A stretch of DNA of 64,000 nucleotides, filler included, from Basidiobolus ranarum (taxonomy: Eukaryota), in NCBI GenBank assembly GCA_040143965.1. It is 52 parts of 52 records of this genome, joined end to end, with 100 filler letters (N's around TTAATTAATTAA, not from the genome) between each part and the next. Parts side by side here need not be neighbours in the genome. Positions count along the whole stretch, not along the records: positions 23,502 to 24,636 come from JASJQH010006283.1; positions 24,737 to 25,870 come from JASJQH010006284.1; positions 25,971 to 27,104 come from JASJQH010006285.1; positions 27,205 to 28,338 come from JASJQH010006286.1; positions 28,439 to 29,571 come from JASJQH010006287.1; positions 29,672 to 30,804 come from JASJQH010006288.1; positions 30,905 to 32,037 come from JASJQH010006289.1; positions 32,138 to 33,270 come from JASJQH010006290.1; 44 more parts are not named here. One strand, written 5' to 3'. The notes beneath the pieces are model-generated. The model was not told the origin of the DNA, searched no databases, and saw only the letters and a list, made by a program, of their open reading frames with translations. Below, in pieces: positions 24,483-35,836 of this stretch. Each line of letters begins with the position of its first letter. Position 1 is the first letter of the stretch. The position numbers were made by a program, and so were the translations under genes.

Positions 24483-24736
24483 TATCTACAGACTAGATAG
24501 TTCATCAAGATTTTCAAGAGTCAGAACCCTCTGATTATGTCCCAGAGAAATTCTCACTTCTTGGACCTTTCTTCTTGCTGGAAAATACTGCCAGGAGATC
24601 CTGAAGTCAGAAAATTTGCTTCCTTTATAGAACAAGNNNNNNNNNNNNNNNNNNNNNNNNNNNNNNNNNNNNNNNNNNNNTTAATTAATTAANNNNNNNN
24701 NNNNNNNNNNNNNNNNNNNNNNNNNNNNNNNNNNNN

Positions 24737-25870
24737 CCCCAGGGCAAAAACAATAGTACTGCATATCTTGATCTATCTCACCAAGAAGTCTGTCTTGCAG
24801 CATTCCTCAAAATACCATCAGATTAACACACAAACAAATTAGTACAAATTATAGAGGTACTTACTCCAAGTCCATGGATTGGGTTTTGTTGCTATTACTG
24901 AGCTCAGACAATGTGAAAATGCATGAGCTCATTGAAAAGAGCCCTTTGTTTTAAGGTTAACATACACTAGAGTCTCCTGAACCCATTGTGTTACATCCAT
25001 GACAGATTTTGTCCTAACAGACATTGGAGGATTGTTCATGCAGAGAAATTGTTGCATTTTGAATCCATTTTGGATTTATCATTTTCCTACCATCATATAT
25101 TCATTAAGTTAGATTAGATTTTAATAAATTTTTTTAGTTTGACAACTGAAAATTTAAGATCTTGCAAAATAATTGCACATAATTGGCTACAATCTCCGAG
25201 AAATATAGATCAACACATGTCTAAAAAACATAACTTAAATTTTACATATTTACCACTTGAATGCTAATTTGTCACCTTCAATATCCCTAGCTTTTTTCAT
25301 ATACTCTCCTGAATATTTTACAAAGTTATTCACACCCAAGGTTTAACTCATATCCAACATGAGTTTGTATGACTATCTCTATCAAAGCCCACCATTGTAT
25401 TAACATTGCTGAATCAATATTCTTCCAGCTATCTAGCAGATACCATTTGATAGTATGCCACTCTGTATTAAGTTCTTGCCTGATTTCTGTCTGGCCAATA
25501 CCAGACTGAATATCAGGTTGAATATTTGTCTTCACAAGCCACTTTCTACATACTTGCACTACATTTTTCCTTTATACTTTTGCAAATCCTCCTCAAGCCG
25601 TTTTATTATTCAACTGTGTCCTTGTAGTAGGATCCTACTGAGGGTGCTTGGCAGTGTTTGTGTGGCTTTTTACTTGCCTTTAACTTTGAGGCAAATTCCA
25701 ACACTTTGAAAAGAACCAGTTGAGGTTGAAGAGCCACGAATTTTATGTGCTTGTATTTTGACTTGCTGAAAGGTGCCAGGTGTTGGATAAAATTCCAAAT
25801 TTTGCACTCATCCAACATGAGTACCTGGTTCCATGGTATGATGAAGCTTTTTTGCTAGTTTATCCGACTT
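24737..25870 (-). mobile_element. CACTA fragments: transposase piece, then left TIR (about 25012) with ORF2
   Basis: QVCRKWL...EWH.I..Y..DSWKN.DSA.LIQWWAL, homologous to 60441-60779. Confidence 0.7.
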
Positions 25871-27204
25871 NNNNNNNNNNNNNNNNNNNNNNNNNNNNNN
25901 NNNNNNNNNNNNNNTTAATTAATTAANNNNNNNNNNNNNNNNNNNNNNNNNNNNNNNNNNNNNNNNNNNNAGAATCCCCGAGTATCACTGCGTTGGTGTT
26001 TCTTTGGTCTCATGAAGTATCCAAGATAGCTTCTCCGTAGGCATAGTGGCGCTGCTTCCCTCTAGATCATTGTTCGAAGTGATTTCCACATACCCTCATC
26101 TAGACCACCGACTCCATCTATCAAGTGCCTAGGAAAATTTACAAACTAACTTGCCCCCTTGGCCCCGAGCTGAGGAGCAACAGTGTACATTGCTATAAAG
26201 GATGAATAGGTTGGACTTTGAGTCAAAAATAAATTCATGAAAGTAATCTTTGGCCTTGTACTCCATCATATATACCGCGTGTTTCATGCAGAGACTTTGT
26301 TACAAGATATATTCGCTAAATATATATGGTTTTTGCAACTGGTAATGCCGACGATAATGATATTGATATTGCCATGTCCTTTAACTGAGAGAGACGCAAG
26401 AAAAATGCATATTCTTCCTTTTTTGGTTTTAGTAGCATGCTTGCTTAGCCGCTCTAAGCTAACCTTCGCTTTGCAATCAATGTTGCCTTTCTTACCTCTA
26501 ACCAGGTTTCTGCAGTATTTAGATTTCCTTACTAATCAGCGCAGATTGTAACTTCACTCTATCATATTGAATTCATATACTTTAGCACGGCGGATGCAAT
26601 TGTCTGACCGCTTTTAGATCTCTTTAGTATTAGGATATCCGGTATTGGAACTATCTCGCAATTGGCAAGAGATCTTGTATATCCTTGTGCAACCTATTTA
26701 CTGACAATTCTGGTTGGCCCTCCAATAATATCTTTAATTTGACAGTTGGTGAATTCACACGCTAGGATTATAGTGCCAGGTGATTCTAGGGATTATTCCA
26801 GATCTCAAGATCAGTCAAAACCATAATCACACCAAAAGTTTCCTACCAGATTGACCTTGATAATCTACTCCGACTAAGCCAGAATCAAGAAAGCGATTGA
26901 TGTGTTGTTAGTTCCATTCCTTTGTTCGAGATGATCTATAGAGCGTGAGTAGCGAGTGCTGGAATCGAACCAAGTGATCAACGTTCAAATCAACCTTGTG
27001 CCAATTCATCCAACGAACATTCTGATGATGTTTGGTCTTTCCGATGGAGTTTTACACTCCATGAGATCCCTTAAGGCGCCCACAGAGTCAGTTGAGTTTT
27101 AGCANNNNNNNNNNNNNNNNNNNNNNNNNNNNNNNNNNNNNNNNNNNNTTAATTAATTAANNNNNNNNNNNNNNNNNNNNNNNNNNNNNNNNNNNNNNNN
27201 NNNN

Positions 27205-28125
27205 CATTTGTCTATTTCCCCAAACGTTTTACATAAAATATCATCAGACCATAAAATTTGTACAAATGTACTTTTTCTGAAAACATCATCTCCTATGTAC
27301 ATATTTTCTATGTCATGACATTTCAGCAATTTATATATAATTTCATACATAACTCCCACACAATTTACTAAAATATTTGACAATTCTTGTATATACTCAT
27401 ATTCTTTTCTTTTTATACATATTTCTAATGCCAACAATCCTATATTTGTCATATATGCTTAGTCAAATTTTTTGTAATTTTTATGTCAGATATCTCCTCC
27501 CAACCATGTAATTAATGTTTGCATTACTGCTTTATATTTTTCATCTAAAATATTATATACAAATGTAGACCTACAACTTATTTGTTTTATATATAATATC
27601 CATTCTGCTCTTTCTTTTCTTGCACTTGGGTAATACAACTCTAAAAATAATGCTAAAAAACATCTAATTTCATTTGATAAAGAACCATTTTTATATGTAT
27701 TATATATTATATCACACATTTTTTGCAATTTGCTGAATTCAACTATTATTTGAATTCTTTTTATAAAATCATTTGTAAACACCAACAATTTTATGTGATT
27801 CTGAAAAGTTTCCATGAATTTTTGATGATCCCCATTTTTTATACATCTTTGACATACATAAAATCATTTTACTTCTTCATCAAATGGAATATCTTGTAAG
27901 TCCTTTTCTTCCGTAATATACATCATATATTTATAATAAATATTTTGCCTTGTTGTTAAAAGTTCTGATAATTGGTTCATTAATTCATCTTTACAAATTG
28001 TTTTCTTTTTGTTGTATGCATACTTGCAATATTCTAAATTCAAATCTTTAGAATAAAGTTTGGCTTCAACTATATTTAAATTGTTAATAAATAATTCAAA
28101 TATAAATAATTCTGGGTTTAGTAAA
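27205..28125 (-). pseudogene. Long AT-rich intronless ORF remnant of unknown function (virus-like composition), abutting a CACTA fragment (28126-28338)
   Basis: Three track ORFs share one frame, separated by single stops (TGA 27864, TGA 27486, TAA 27459). Rich in I/K/Y/N. Confidence 0.5.
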
Positions 28126-28438
28126 GAATTCAGCCAATATATCCCTAACTTGCAGTCAACAAATGTCCTGCCACAAGTAGATGTGTCATTGTTTGAATAG
28201 ATTACCCCATGGCTAAAACAATAATACTGTGTGTCTTGATCTATCTCATCAAGAAGTCTCTCTTGCAGCTTTCCTAAAAAGACCATCAGATAATCATACA
28301 AGCAAATTAGTCCGGTTATAGAGGTACTTACTCTGTGTNNNNNNNNNNNNNNNNNNNNNNNNNNNNNNNNNNNNNNNNNNNNTTAATTAATTAANNNNNN
28401 NNNNNNNNNNNNNNNNNNNNNNNNNNNNNNNNNNNNNN

Positions 28439-29571
28439 GACATAAGCAATGCATCCAAAGATCCTCAAATGTTTTACATCAGGTTTAACTCCAAACCAAG
28501 CTTGATATGGTGTAGAGTTAGACAGACTACTAGTAAAACTCCTATTCTTCAGATATACAGCTGTAGCAACAGATTCCACCCAAAAGTTATGAGATAAATT
28601 TTGTGCATTTATCATAGATCTTGCCATTTCTATTATAGTCCTGTTAGCTCTTTCAGCAACTCCATTTTGTTGAGGTGAATAGGGAGCAGTAGTTTCTTGC
28701 TTAATTCCATGAACTTTGCAAAAGTGCTTAAATAGTGTTGAAGTATATTCTCCACCATTATCAGTACGTATTTTCTTGATTTTAGTTCCAGTTTCAGTCT
28801 CCACAAGTGTTTTAAAATCTCTAAAGATAGAGAGAGCTTCTTCTTTTCTTTCCATAAAGTAGACCCAAGTGTATCTTGTATAATCATCAATAAATGTGAT
28901 TAAATATCTTTTTCCGCCTAAAGATAAATTTTGCATAGGTCCACACAAATCTGAATGAATTAAATCCAATTTTTTGACAGATTTGATTAAACCAGAGCTC
29001 TTGAACGGTTGCCTGGCTTGTTTTCCATATATACAACCCTCACAAATTTCCATTTTGGTTGGGGGGTTAATTTGAATTCCAGAAATTAGGTGATTTTTGA
29101 TCATTTTGCTCAAATAATCAAATCCAATATGGCCAAATCTCTTATGCCATAATTGAATAGTTTCTTGATTGGAATAACTTATATTTACACATAAACCTCT
29201 TGGATTATATGTAAGTTTGTATAAGTTCTGATCCTTTTCTCCCGAAGCTAAATAATTCCCATTTTGATCAGTGATGGTGCATCCTGACTTATCAAAATTG
29301 AATTTTAGCCCTTCTGAGGTGGCCTTGCATACAGATATTAAATTCTTGGCAATATCTGGAACATGTAGTACATCCTTAAAAGTATATACTTTCTCTTCAG
29401 AAGCTCCAGTTAAATTGACTTGAATTGTTCCCATTCTAATAGCATCCAATGTACCGTCATCTCCCATGAAAACCTTTCTAATTGGGATTTCTTCATATTC
29501 CACAAACCAATGCATTTCATTTGTGAAATGTTGGGAAGCTCCAGAATCAATATACAACATCTGAGAATCCT
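28439..29571 (-). mobile_element. Ty1/copia protease, GAG-pre-integrase and integrase; ORF with only one early stop-free stretch intact across the contig
   Basis: IDSGASQH, LWHKRFGH, C..C..GKQ, IHSDLCGP, FIDDYTR, RTDNGGEY, PQQNGVAER. Confidence 0.95.
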
Positions 29572-29671
29572 NNNNNNNNNNNNNNNNNNNNNNNNNNNNN
29601 NNNNNNNNNNNNNNNTTAATTAATTAANNNNNNNNNNNNNNNNNNNNNNNNNNNNNNNNNNNNNNNNNNNN

Positions 29672-30804
29672 ACATGCAATATCTATATAAGCCCCATGTA
29701 TTCTTTGATCAGACCTCAGTCTGATCAATGCCAGTTATCAATAAAGATTCTTGCAAATGTTTCTTCCTTGTCCAGTCTTGTCTTGTAGTCTACACCCAAG
29801 TACTCTCCTGCCTTCTAGCCTCTTGTTGTTGTTTCCAGTCCTTATCCAGTTCCTTTTTGTGACAGGACCTCAGTTTGCTTCCAAACTCTGGAAAAGCCTC
29901 CTCCATACCTTGGGTATCTCTGCCAATCTCTCCACTGCCTTCCACCCACAATCTGATGGCCAAACAGAAAGAGTCAATTGAATTTTGGAACAATATTTAC
30001 TATGCACTATCAACTATAATCAGGATGATTGGACAGAACTCTTGCCTCTTGCTGAATTTGCTTACAACCACTCTTATCATACCTCAACAGAACAAACTCC
30101 CTTCTTTGCAAATTATGGATTCCATCCTCATTTCACAATTCACCCACCATCCAATCTACCTTGCCCTGCTGCCTCAGACCATGCACTTTCCTTAAGGACA
30201 TCCATAAACAATTAATATCTGAGTTAGAGCATGCCTGATCCCAATACAAGAATTTTGCTGATAAGAGAAGAAAGCCAAGCCCAGATCTCAAACCAGGAGA
30301 TTATGTTTGGCTACTCCAGAAAAATATCAAAACCACTAGACCTTGTGATAAACTTGATCATAAAAGACTAGGGCCTTTTAGGATTATTAAGCAAATCAAT
30401 TCAGCAGCCTTCTGCCTTGAACTCCCAGCCCATTTCAAAGTCCACAATGTATTCCATGTGTCTCTCTTAGAGCCACATGCCATAAACACCCTCCAGGGCC
30501 AATCCATTGACCCACCCCCAGCAACCTAAATGGAAGAAAACCCTGAATATGAAGTTAGCAAAATTCTAGATTCCAGAGTTTATCAACGTCAATTGCAAAG
30601 AAGGGGTTACTGTCATGATTCTAATCTTAGCATACTGATCCACTGCAAGTAGAACTTTTCTATTATTAGATTATGACATCATATCTGCTGCGCCATCCCT
30701 ACTCAGCACTCTTGTTTTAGTTCATCCAATTTACCTTATATGGAAGTCATGTTCTTTGGAACATTCCATGAAACCTAACCAATCATGTCATCCCACACAA
30801 AGTG
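29672..30804 (+). mobile_element. Ty3/gypsy chromovirus: LTR-B end, integrase C-terminus, truncated chromodomain, PPT and 3' LTR-B (from 30611)
   Basis: [78 protein letters not shown]. Confidence 0.9.
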
Positions 30805-30904
30805 NNNNNNNNNNNNNNNNNNNNNNNNNNNNNNNNNNNNNNNNNNNNTTAATTAATTAANNNNNNNNNNNNNNNNNNNNNNNNNNNNNNNNNNNNNNNN
30901 NNNN

Positions 30905-31316
30905 CAGAAGCTCCAACATGGCATCATTCGAGTCAATGGTGGAGGACCCACAGCAATTCGAGGTGTTCAAGAGATTCTCTCTTCGGGACTTCAGTGTAGA
31001 GAATGCACTATTCTTCGAGCGTATTCAGAAGCTTCGCTATCAAACTCGGGATATTGGCAGTTCTGAAGAACTCCCCACTTGGGTGATTCTTGAGATCAAC
31101 AGTATCTACAATACCTTTATCTCAGCTGACTCTGAATTTGAACTGAATCTTGAAGCCTCAGCAGTTAGAGATATTCGTCGTCAATTCCAATCCAACAACA
31201 TCCGCTTGGATATCTTTGATAGAGCGTTCAATGAAGTTCGTACACTTATGTTTAGATACACCTATCCTAGATTCATCAAGATGGGTCAAAAGAGTTTGGC
31301 CGAAACTATATTATGA
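30905..31316 (+). CDS. RGS-domain protein, C-terminal part (5'-truncated)
   Basis: F..FSLRDFSVENALFF...IYNTFISADSEFELNL...IFDRAFNEVRTLMFRYTYPRFI is a classic RGS box. Frame is open to the contig edge. Confidence 0.85.
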
Positions 31317-31871
31317 AGCAAAATACAAACTCATAATTTATTAATATTTGTTTATCGACATAACCTCAATAAATCACTTGATAATTGGATCCAAAGTTTC
31401 AATAGCCAGTTCAATTCTTGTATAAGATGAATACTCACAACAGTTCTTTCTATCCTCGATTTATACAAATAAAACAGCTAACAAGAATACAACCGATTTT
31501 GTATTACAATTCTATGCAAATAATGATAAACATGGCCGAGCAAGTGACCTAATGAACTACTAAATGCCAACAAATTAGATTATTACACCAGTAATCGTAC
31601 AGTTAGATTTGTATATTAATCCACATACTCTTTTCCTCTTTCAACGGGGAAGAAGACCCGTTTTTTATCCTAATATATCTATAATAAATAAACCAGTACT
31701 TAAATCGACAGTATATAGAGTAATCCAGTGACTTTTATTTTCAATATTTCAAATCAAACTAGGAATTGGTTAAATTAATGTTGCCTCAGTTGTGACCTTT
31801 GTGATTGTGGAGTAATATGGTTCACTACTAGAGATATTAAATATATATACATCATCGTGTGAACATCTTAC

Positions 31872-32037
31872 TTAAATCATCGTTTCTGCCAAACTCTTTT
31901 GTCCCATCTTGATGAATCTAGGATAGGTGTATCTAAACATAAGTGTACGAACTTCATTGAACGCTCTATCGAAGATATCCAAGCGGATGTTGTTGGATTG
32001 GAATTGACGACGAATATCCCGAACAGCTGAGGCTTCA
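31872..32037 (-). CDS. Second RGS paralogue, 3' end, convergent with the first
   Basis: Near-identical to 31151-31316; ends ...MGQKSLAETMI*. Confidence 0.8.
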
Positions 32038-32137
32038 NNNNNNNNNNNNNNNNNNNNNNNNNNNNNNNNNNNNNNNNNNNNTTAATTAATTAANNNNNNN
32101 NNNNNNNNNNNNNNNNNNNNNNNNNNNNNNNNNNNNN

Positions 32138-33270
32138 GAAGAACTCTATAAAAATACTCAGGAAAATATATCAGAGAGACTAGGGATTTGGAAGGTGACA
32201 AATTAGCATTCAAGTGGTAATTGTGTAAAATTTGGGTTATGTTTTTTGCACATGTGTTGATCCTTAGTTCTCTGAGATTGTAGCCAATCATGTGCAACTA
32301 TTTTGCAAGATCTTGAAATTTCACTCCTTAAACTGAAAAAATTGATTAAAATCAAATCCTACTTGACAATTTTATAATGGTAAGTGAACGGTCAATCCCA
32401 AATGGATTAAAATTGTGGCGGTTTTCCTACAATAACAATCCTCAAATTTCTATTAGGGTAATATTCTGGAAACTTTGCAGAATTTTGCCCAAAATCACCT
32501 GGATTTGAGCATATTTTGGAAAAACCAAATACCAGTTGTTTCCCTGAAGGTTCTTGACTTATCATTTATCCTGGGTTTTTGCAAGCAAATGGCAATTGGG
32601 CTAGTATACACCTATTCTTGAAACATCTCAAAATTGTATGAAATTATCAAATTGGAAAAGAAATAAAAGCTGCTAGAGAAGTACTCAAGGTGCAGGAAGT
32701 TAGTAAACTCATGGGAAAAGCAAAGGTGCAATTGAGTTCAGGCTCTACTGTCCCACTTACCAACTTCTTCACACCATTTTAATGATCAGTGTTTCCAGAG
32801 TCAGATATAATTGAAAAAAAGCTTAATTTCACCATGGAACCAGGTACACCAGTTGGAAGAGTGCTTAATTTGAAGGTTAAACCAACACCTGGTACCTCTC
32901 AACAAGCCGAAAAACTAACAAATAGAACTCATGGCTCTCCAACCTCAACTGGTACTTTCCAAAGTGTTAAATTAGCCCCAAACTGAAAGGCAAGCAAAAA
33001 GATACACAAACACCCCAAAGCACCCTTAGTAGTGTCACACTATAAGGATATATGCAAATGGGAAAAGTGCTTGAGGAATATTTTCAAAAGTATGAAGGGA
33101 AAAACACAGAGCAAGTATGCAGAAAGTGGCTCCAGAAGAAGTATATTTAACTTGACATTCAGTCTGGTGATGACCATGCAGATATCTGGGAAGAACTTAA
33201 TACAGAGTGGCACAATCTTGCAGGGTATCTGCCAGATAGCTGGAAGAATGTTGATTGAGCAATGTTGATA
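32138..33270 (+). mobile_element. CACTA ORF2 end plus left TIR (to 32458), nested in another ORF2 copy (32459-33270)
   Basis: TTTCTATTAGGG at 32458; homology to 60435-61030 and 25326-25870. Confidence 0.7.
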
Positions 33271-33370
33271 NNNNNNNNNNNNNNNNNNNNNNNNNNNNNN
33301 NNNNNNNNNNNNNNTTAATTAATTAANNNNNNNNNNNNNNNNNNNNNNNNNNNNNNNNNNNNNNNNNNNN

Positions 33371-34503
33371 GCCAGTTGTCAATAAAGATTCTTGCCAAAG
33401 TATCTTCCTTGTCCAGTCTTGTCTTGTGTTGTTTTGTGGTCTACACCCAAGTACTCTCCTGCCTTCTAGCCTCTTGTCATTGTTTCCAGTCCTTGTCCAG
33501 TTCCTTATTGTGACAGTTTGATCAGACTACATATACTTGCTTGTAGACTTCTCTCCATCTCTGTTCTCAAACCTTAAAACCCCCCAAGGTTGGCTTCCCT
33601 CTTATTTCCCATCTTTCCCAAGCTTCCCTGCTAAGGCACAGGTACCTTCCACCTTTGGATAATTGCTCTAAGTACATCCTTGTCAAGACACTACTGGCTG
33701 AGTTTACAGATGTTTTTGATCAAAGAAGCCTTTGTAGCTGATCAAGATCAAAGGACATTAATACCAGCATATTCTTTTGTCAAGGTGCCAATCATTTCTT
33801 CAAGAGAAAGTTGGACATTGAATTGTGAAAATCATACCTAGAGAAGCTTGTGGTTTTTAAACTTCCCCCTCCCAAAATAGTAAGTATTTTGTTGATGCCA
33901 GCCCCCACAATGGAAGATATTATGCAAGCTCTTACTTAGCTTCAGCAAGAAAATCAAGAACTTTGTACTTCTATAGCTCAAGTATAGAATCCAGCTCCAC
34001 CCAATTATACTGCAATTCCAACTCCTGAACCCAAAATCTCCTTACCAAATAAGTTTGAAGGCACTCACCAAAATCATTGTGGTTCTATTAACCAAGTAAA
34101 GCTCATCATCCATATGCATCCCCATTGCTACCCCTCTGGCCAAACAAAAGTAGGCTTAGTGGGAACACTATTATTAGGAACAGCTCTATCTTTGATTGCT
34201 CCTTTGATGGAAAGTCAATCTCCACTTCTTTCAAAATTCCTTGGTGAACTGGAGGCCACATTTGGAAATGCAGATAAAGAAAGAACTTCAGCCACCAAGC
34301 TCTGTGCACTTAAACAAGGGTCAAAACCTGCATCAACTTATGCTGCAGAATTCCACTTTCTTGCCTGTAATCTTACTTGGGGAGAATCTGCCCTGATCAA
34401 CCAATTCTAATATGGACTCCAAGAAAGTATTGAGTATCTTTTACTCACTATGACTGATCCAGTGACCTTGACTGATGCTATCAACCAGGCAGTCAAATGT
34501 GAC
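33371..34503 (+). mobile_element. Ty3/gypsy 5' LTR-B end (33515), PBS, leader and degenerate gag
   Basis: PEPKISLPNKFEG, LKQGSKPASTYAAEF, W.ESALINQF.YGL (Retrotrans_gag / PEG10-like). Confidence 0.88.
33518..33528 (+). promoter_or_regulatory. Self-priming primer-binding site TTGATCAGACT
   Basis: 2 nt after the LTR end. Exact complement of AGTCTGATCAA inside the LTR (29718-29728). Second copy at 51924-51934. Confidence 0.7.
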
Positions 34504-34684
34504 NNNNNNNNNNNNNNNNNNNNNNNNNNNNNNNNNNNNNNNNNNNNTTAATTAATTAANNNNNNNNNNNNNNNNNNNNNNNNNNNNNNNNNNNNNNNNN
34601 NNNTAAAGATAGGATAATGTAAGTATTAACAAGAGTATTCAGCAGTTGCCTAGGTTTGAAGCAGTACATGCTGATTTGCTTCTG

Positions 34685-35736
34685 TTACTTTTGTTGTCTC
34701 CTTGATATTTCCACGGAAGGAACTTTGCTTGAACCTCTGCGCTGAGTTGGTCGGTTCGATCCTGCTGAAGTTCCTCTACCTCGGCCAGCATGGGTTGTGG
34801 CTTGAGGTCGATGCGCTGTGGTATGCGTTGGCTCGTTCGGTCTAGTTTGCGGTTTGTTTGTATCTACAGTCTCTTCTTCAGATGTGGAGCCTTCACTTAA
34901 TGGGTCAACCAGCCATTGCTGCTGGCGCGCAGCTCTACGCGTCAACCCGGAATGTCTCACTTGAGGTTTGTGCTTGACAGTTATTGCTTCTTCAACCACG
35001 GTAGAAGCTTCATCTCTTTTGACTGGCCGCCGTGACCTCTGTTGCATGGCGGAACGTGTTGGAGCGTGTCGTCTACCTTGTGGTTTGTGTTTGGCAGTTC
35101 TTGCCTCTTCAACCACGGTAGAAGCTTCATCTCTTTTGACTGGCCATGGCCGCGGTCGCATGGCAGTACGTGTTGGAGCAAGTTGTCTACCTTGTGGTTT
35201 GTGTTCTGTGGTTATTGCTTCTTCAACCACAGTGGAAGCTTCATCTCTTTCGACTGGCCGTTGCCGTGGTCGCATTCCAGTACGTGTTGGAGCGAGTCGT
35301 ATACCTTGAGGTTCGCGTTCGGCAGTTCTTGCCTCTTCAACCACGGTAGAAGCTTCATCTCTTTCGACTGGCCGCCGTGACCTCTGTTGCACGGCAGAAC
35401 GCGTCGGAGCATATTGTCTACCTTGAGGTTTGTGTTCGACTGTTGTGGCTTCTTCAAGCTCAGTAAGAGCTTCACTATCTCTCTCAAACACCCGTTGTCT
35501 TGGTCTCGTGGGGGTACGCGTAGTAGCGGATCGCTGTCTTAGTAGATCGCTCTCAGGTGTCAGATCTTCATCCAACAAAGTGGAAGGTTCAAAAATTCTT
35601 GCGGTTGCCCTTTGTTGCTGTCGCGCGGTTGTACGCGTTAAACCGCTCCTTGGAGCTGACTCTTCTCCAGATGTAAAAAGCTCACTGGTTGGTTCGGTTG
35701 AATCAGGTAAATCGCGCGCTACGATGCGTGAATATG
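34685..35736 (-). CDS. 5'-truncated disordered protein with 38-39-aa tandem repeats
   Basis: Frame open from the contig edge to TAA (about 350 codons). Repeat RPV(E/K)RDEASTVVEEA.T..HKPQGR..APTR at 114-117-bp spacing. CpG-rich. Confidence 0.7.
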
Positions 35737-35836
35737 NNNNNNNNNNNNNNNNNNNNNNNNNNNNNNNNNNNNNNNNNNNNTTAATTAATTAANNNNNNNN
35801 NNNNNNNNNNNNNNNNNNNNNNNNNNNNNNNNNNNN

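Noticed and set aside
27864-28301. 145-aa ORF as a real fusion protein
   Set aside because: Chance in-frame junction between a CACTA fragment and an unrelated decayed ORF.
34968-35792. Plus-strand Cys/Val-rich ORFs
   Set aside because: Antisense shadows of the minus-strand repeat protein.
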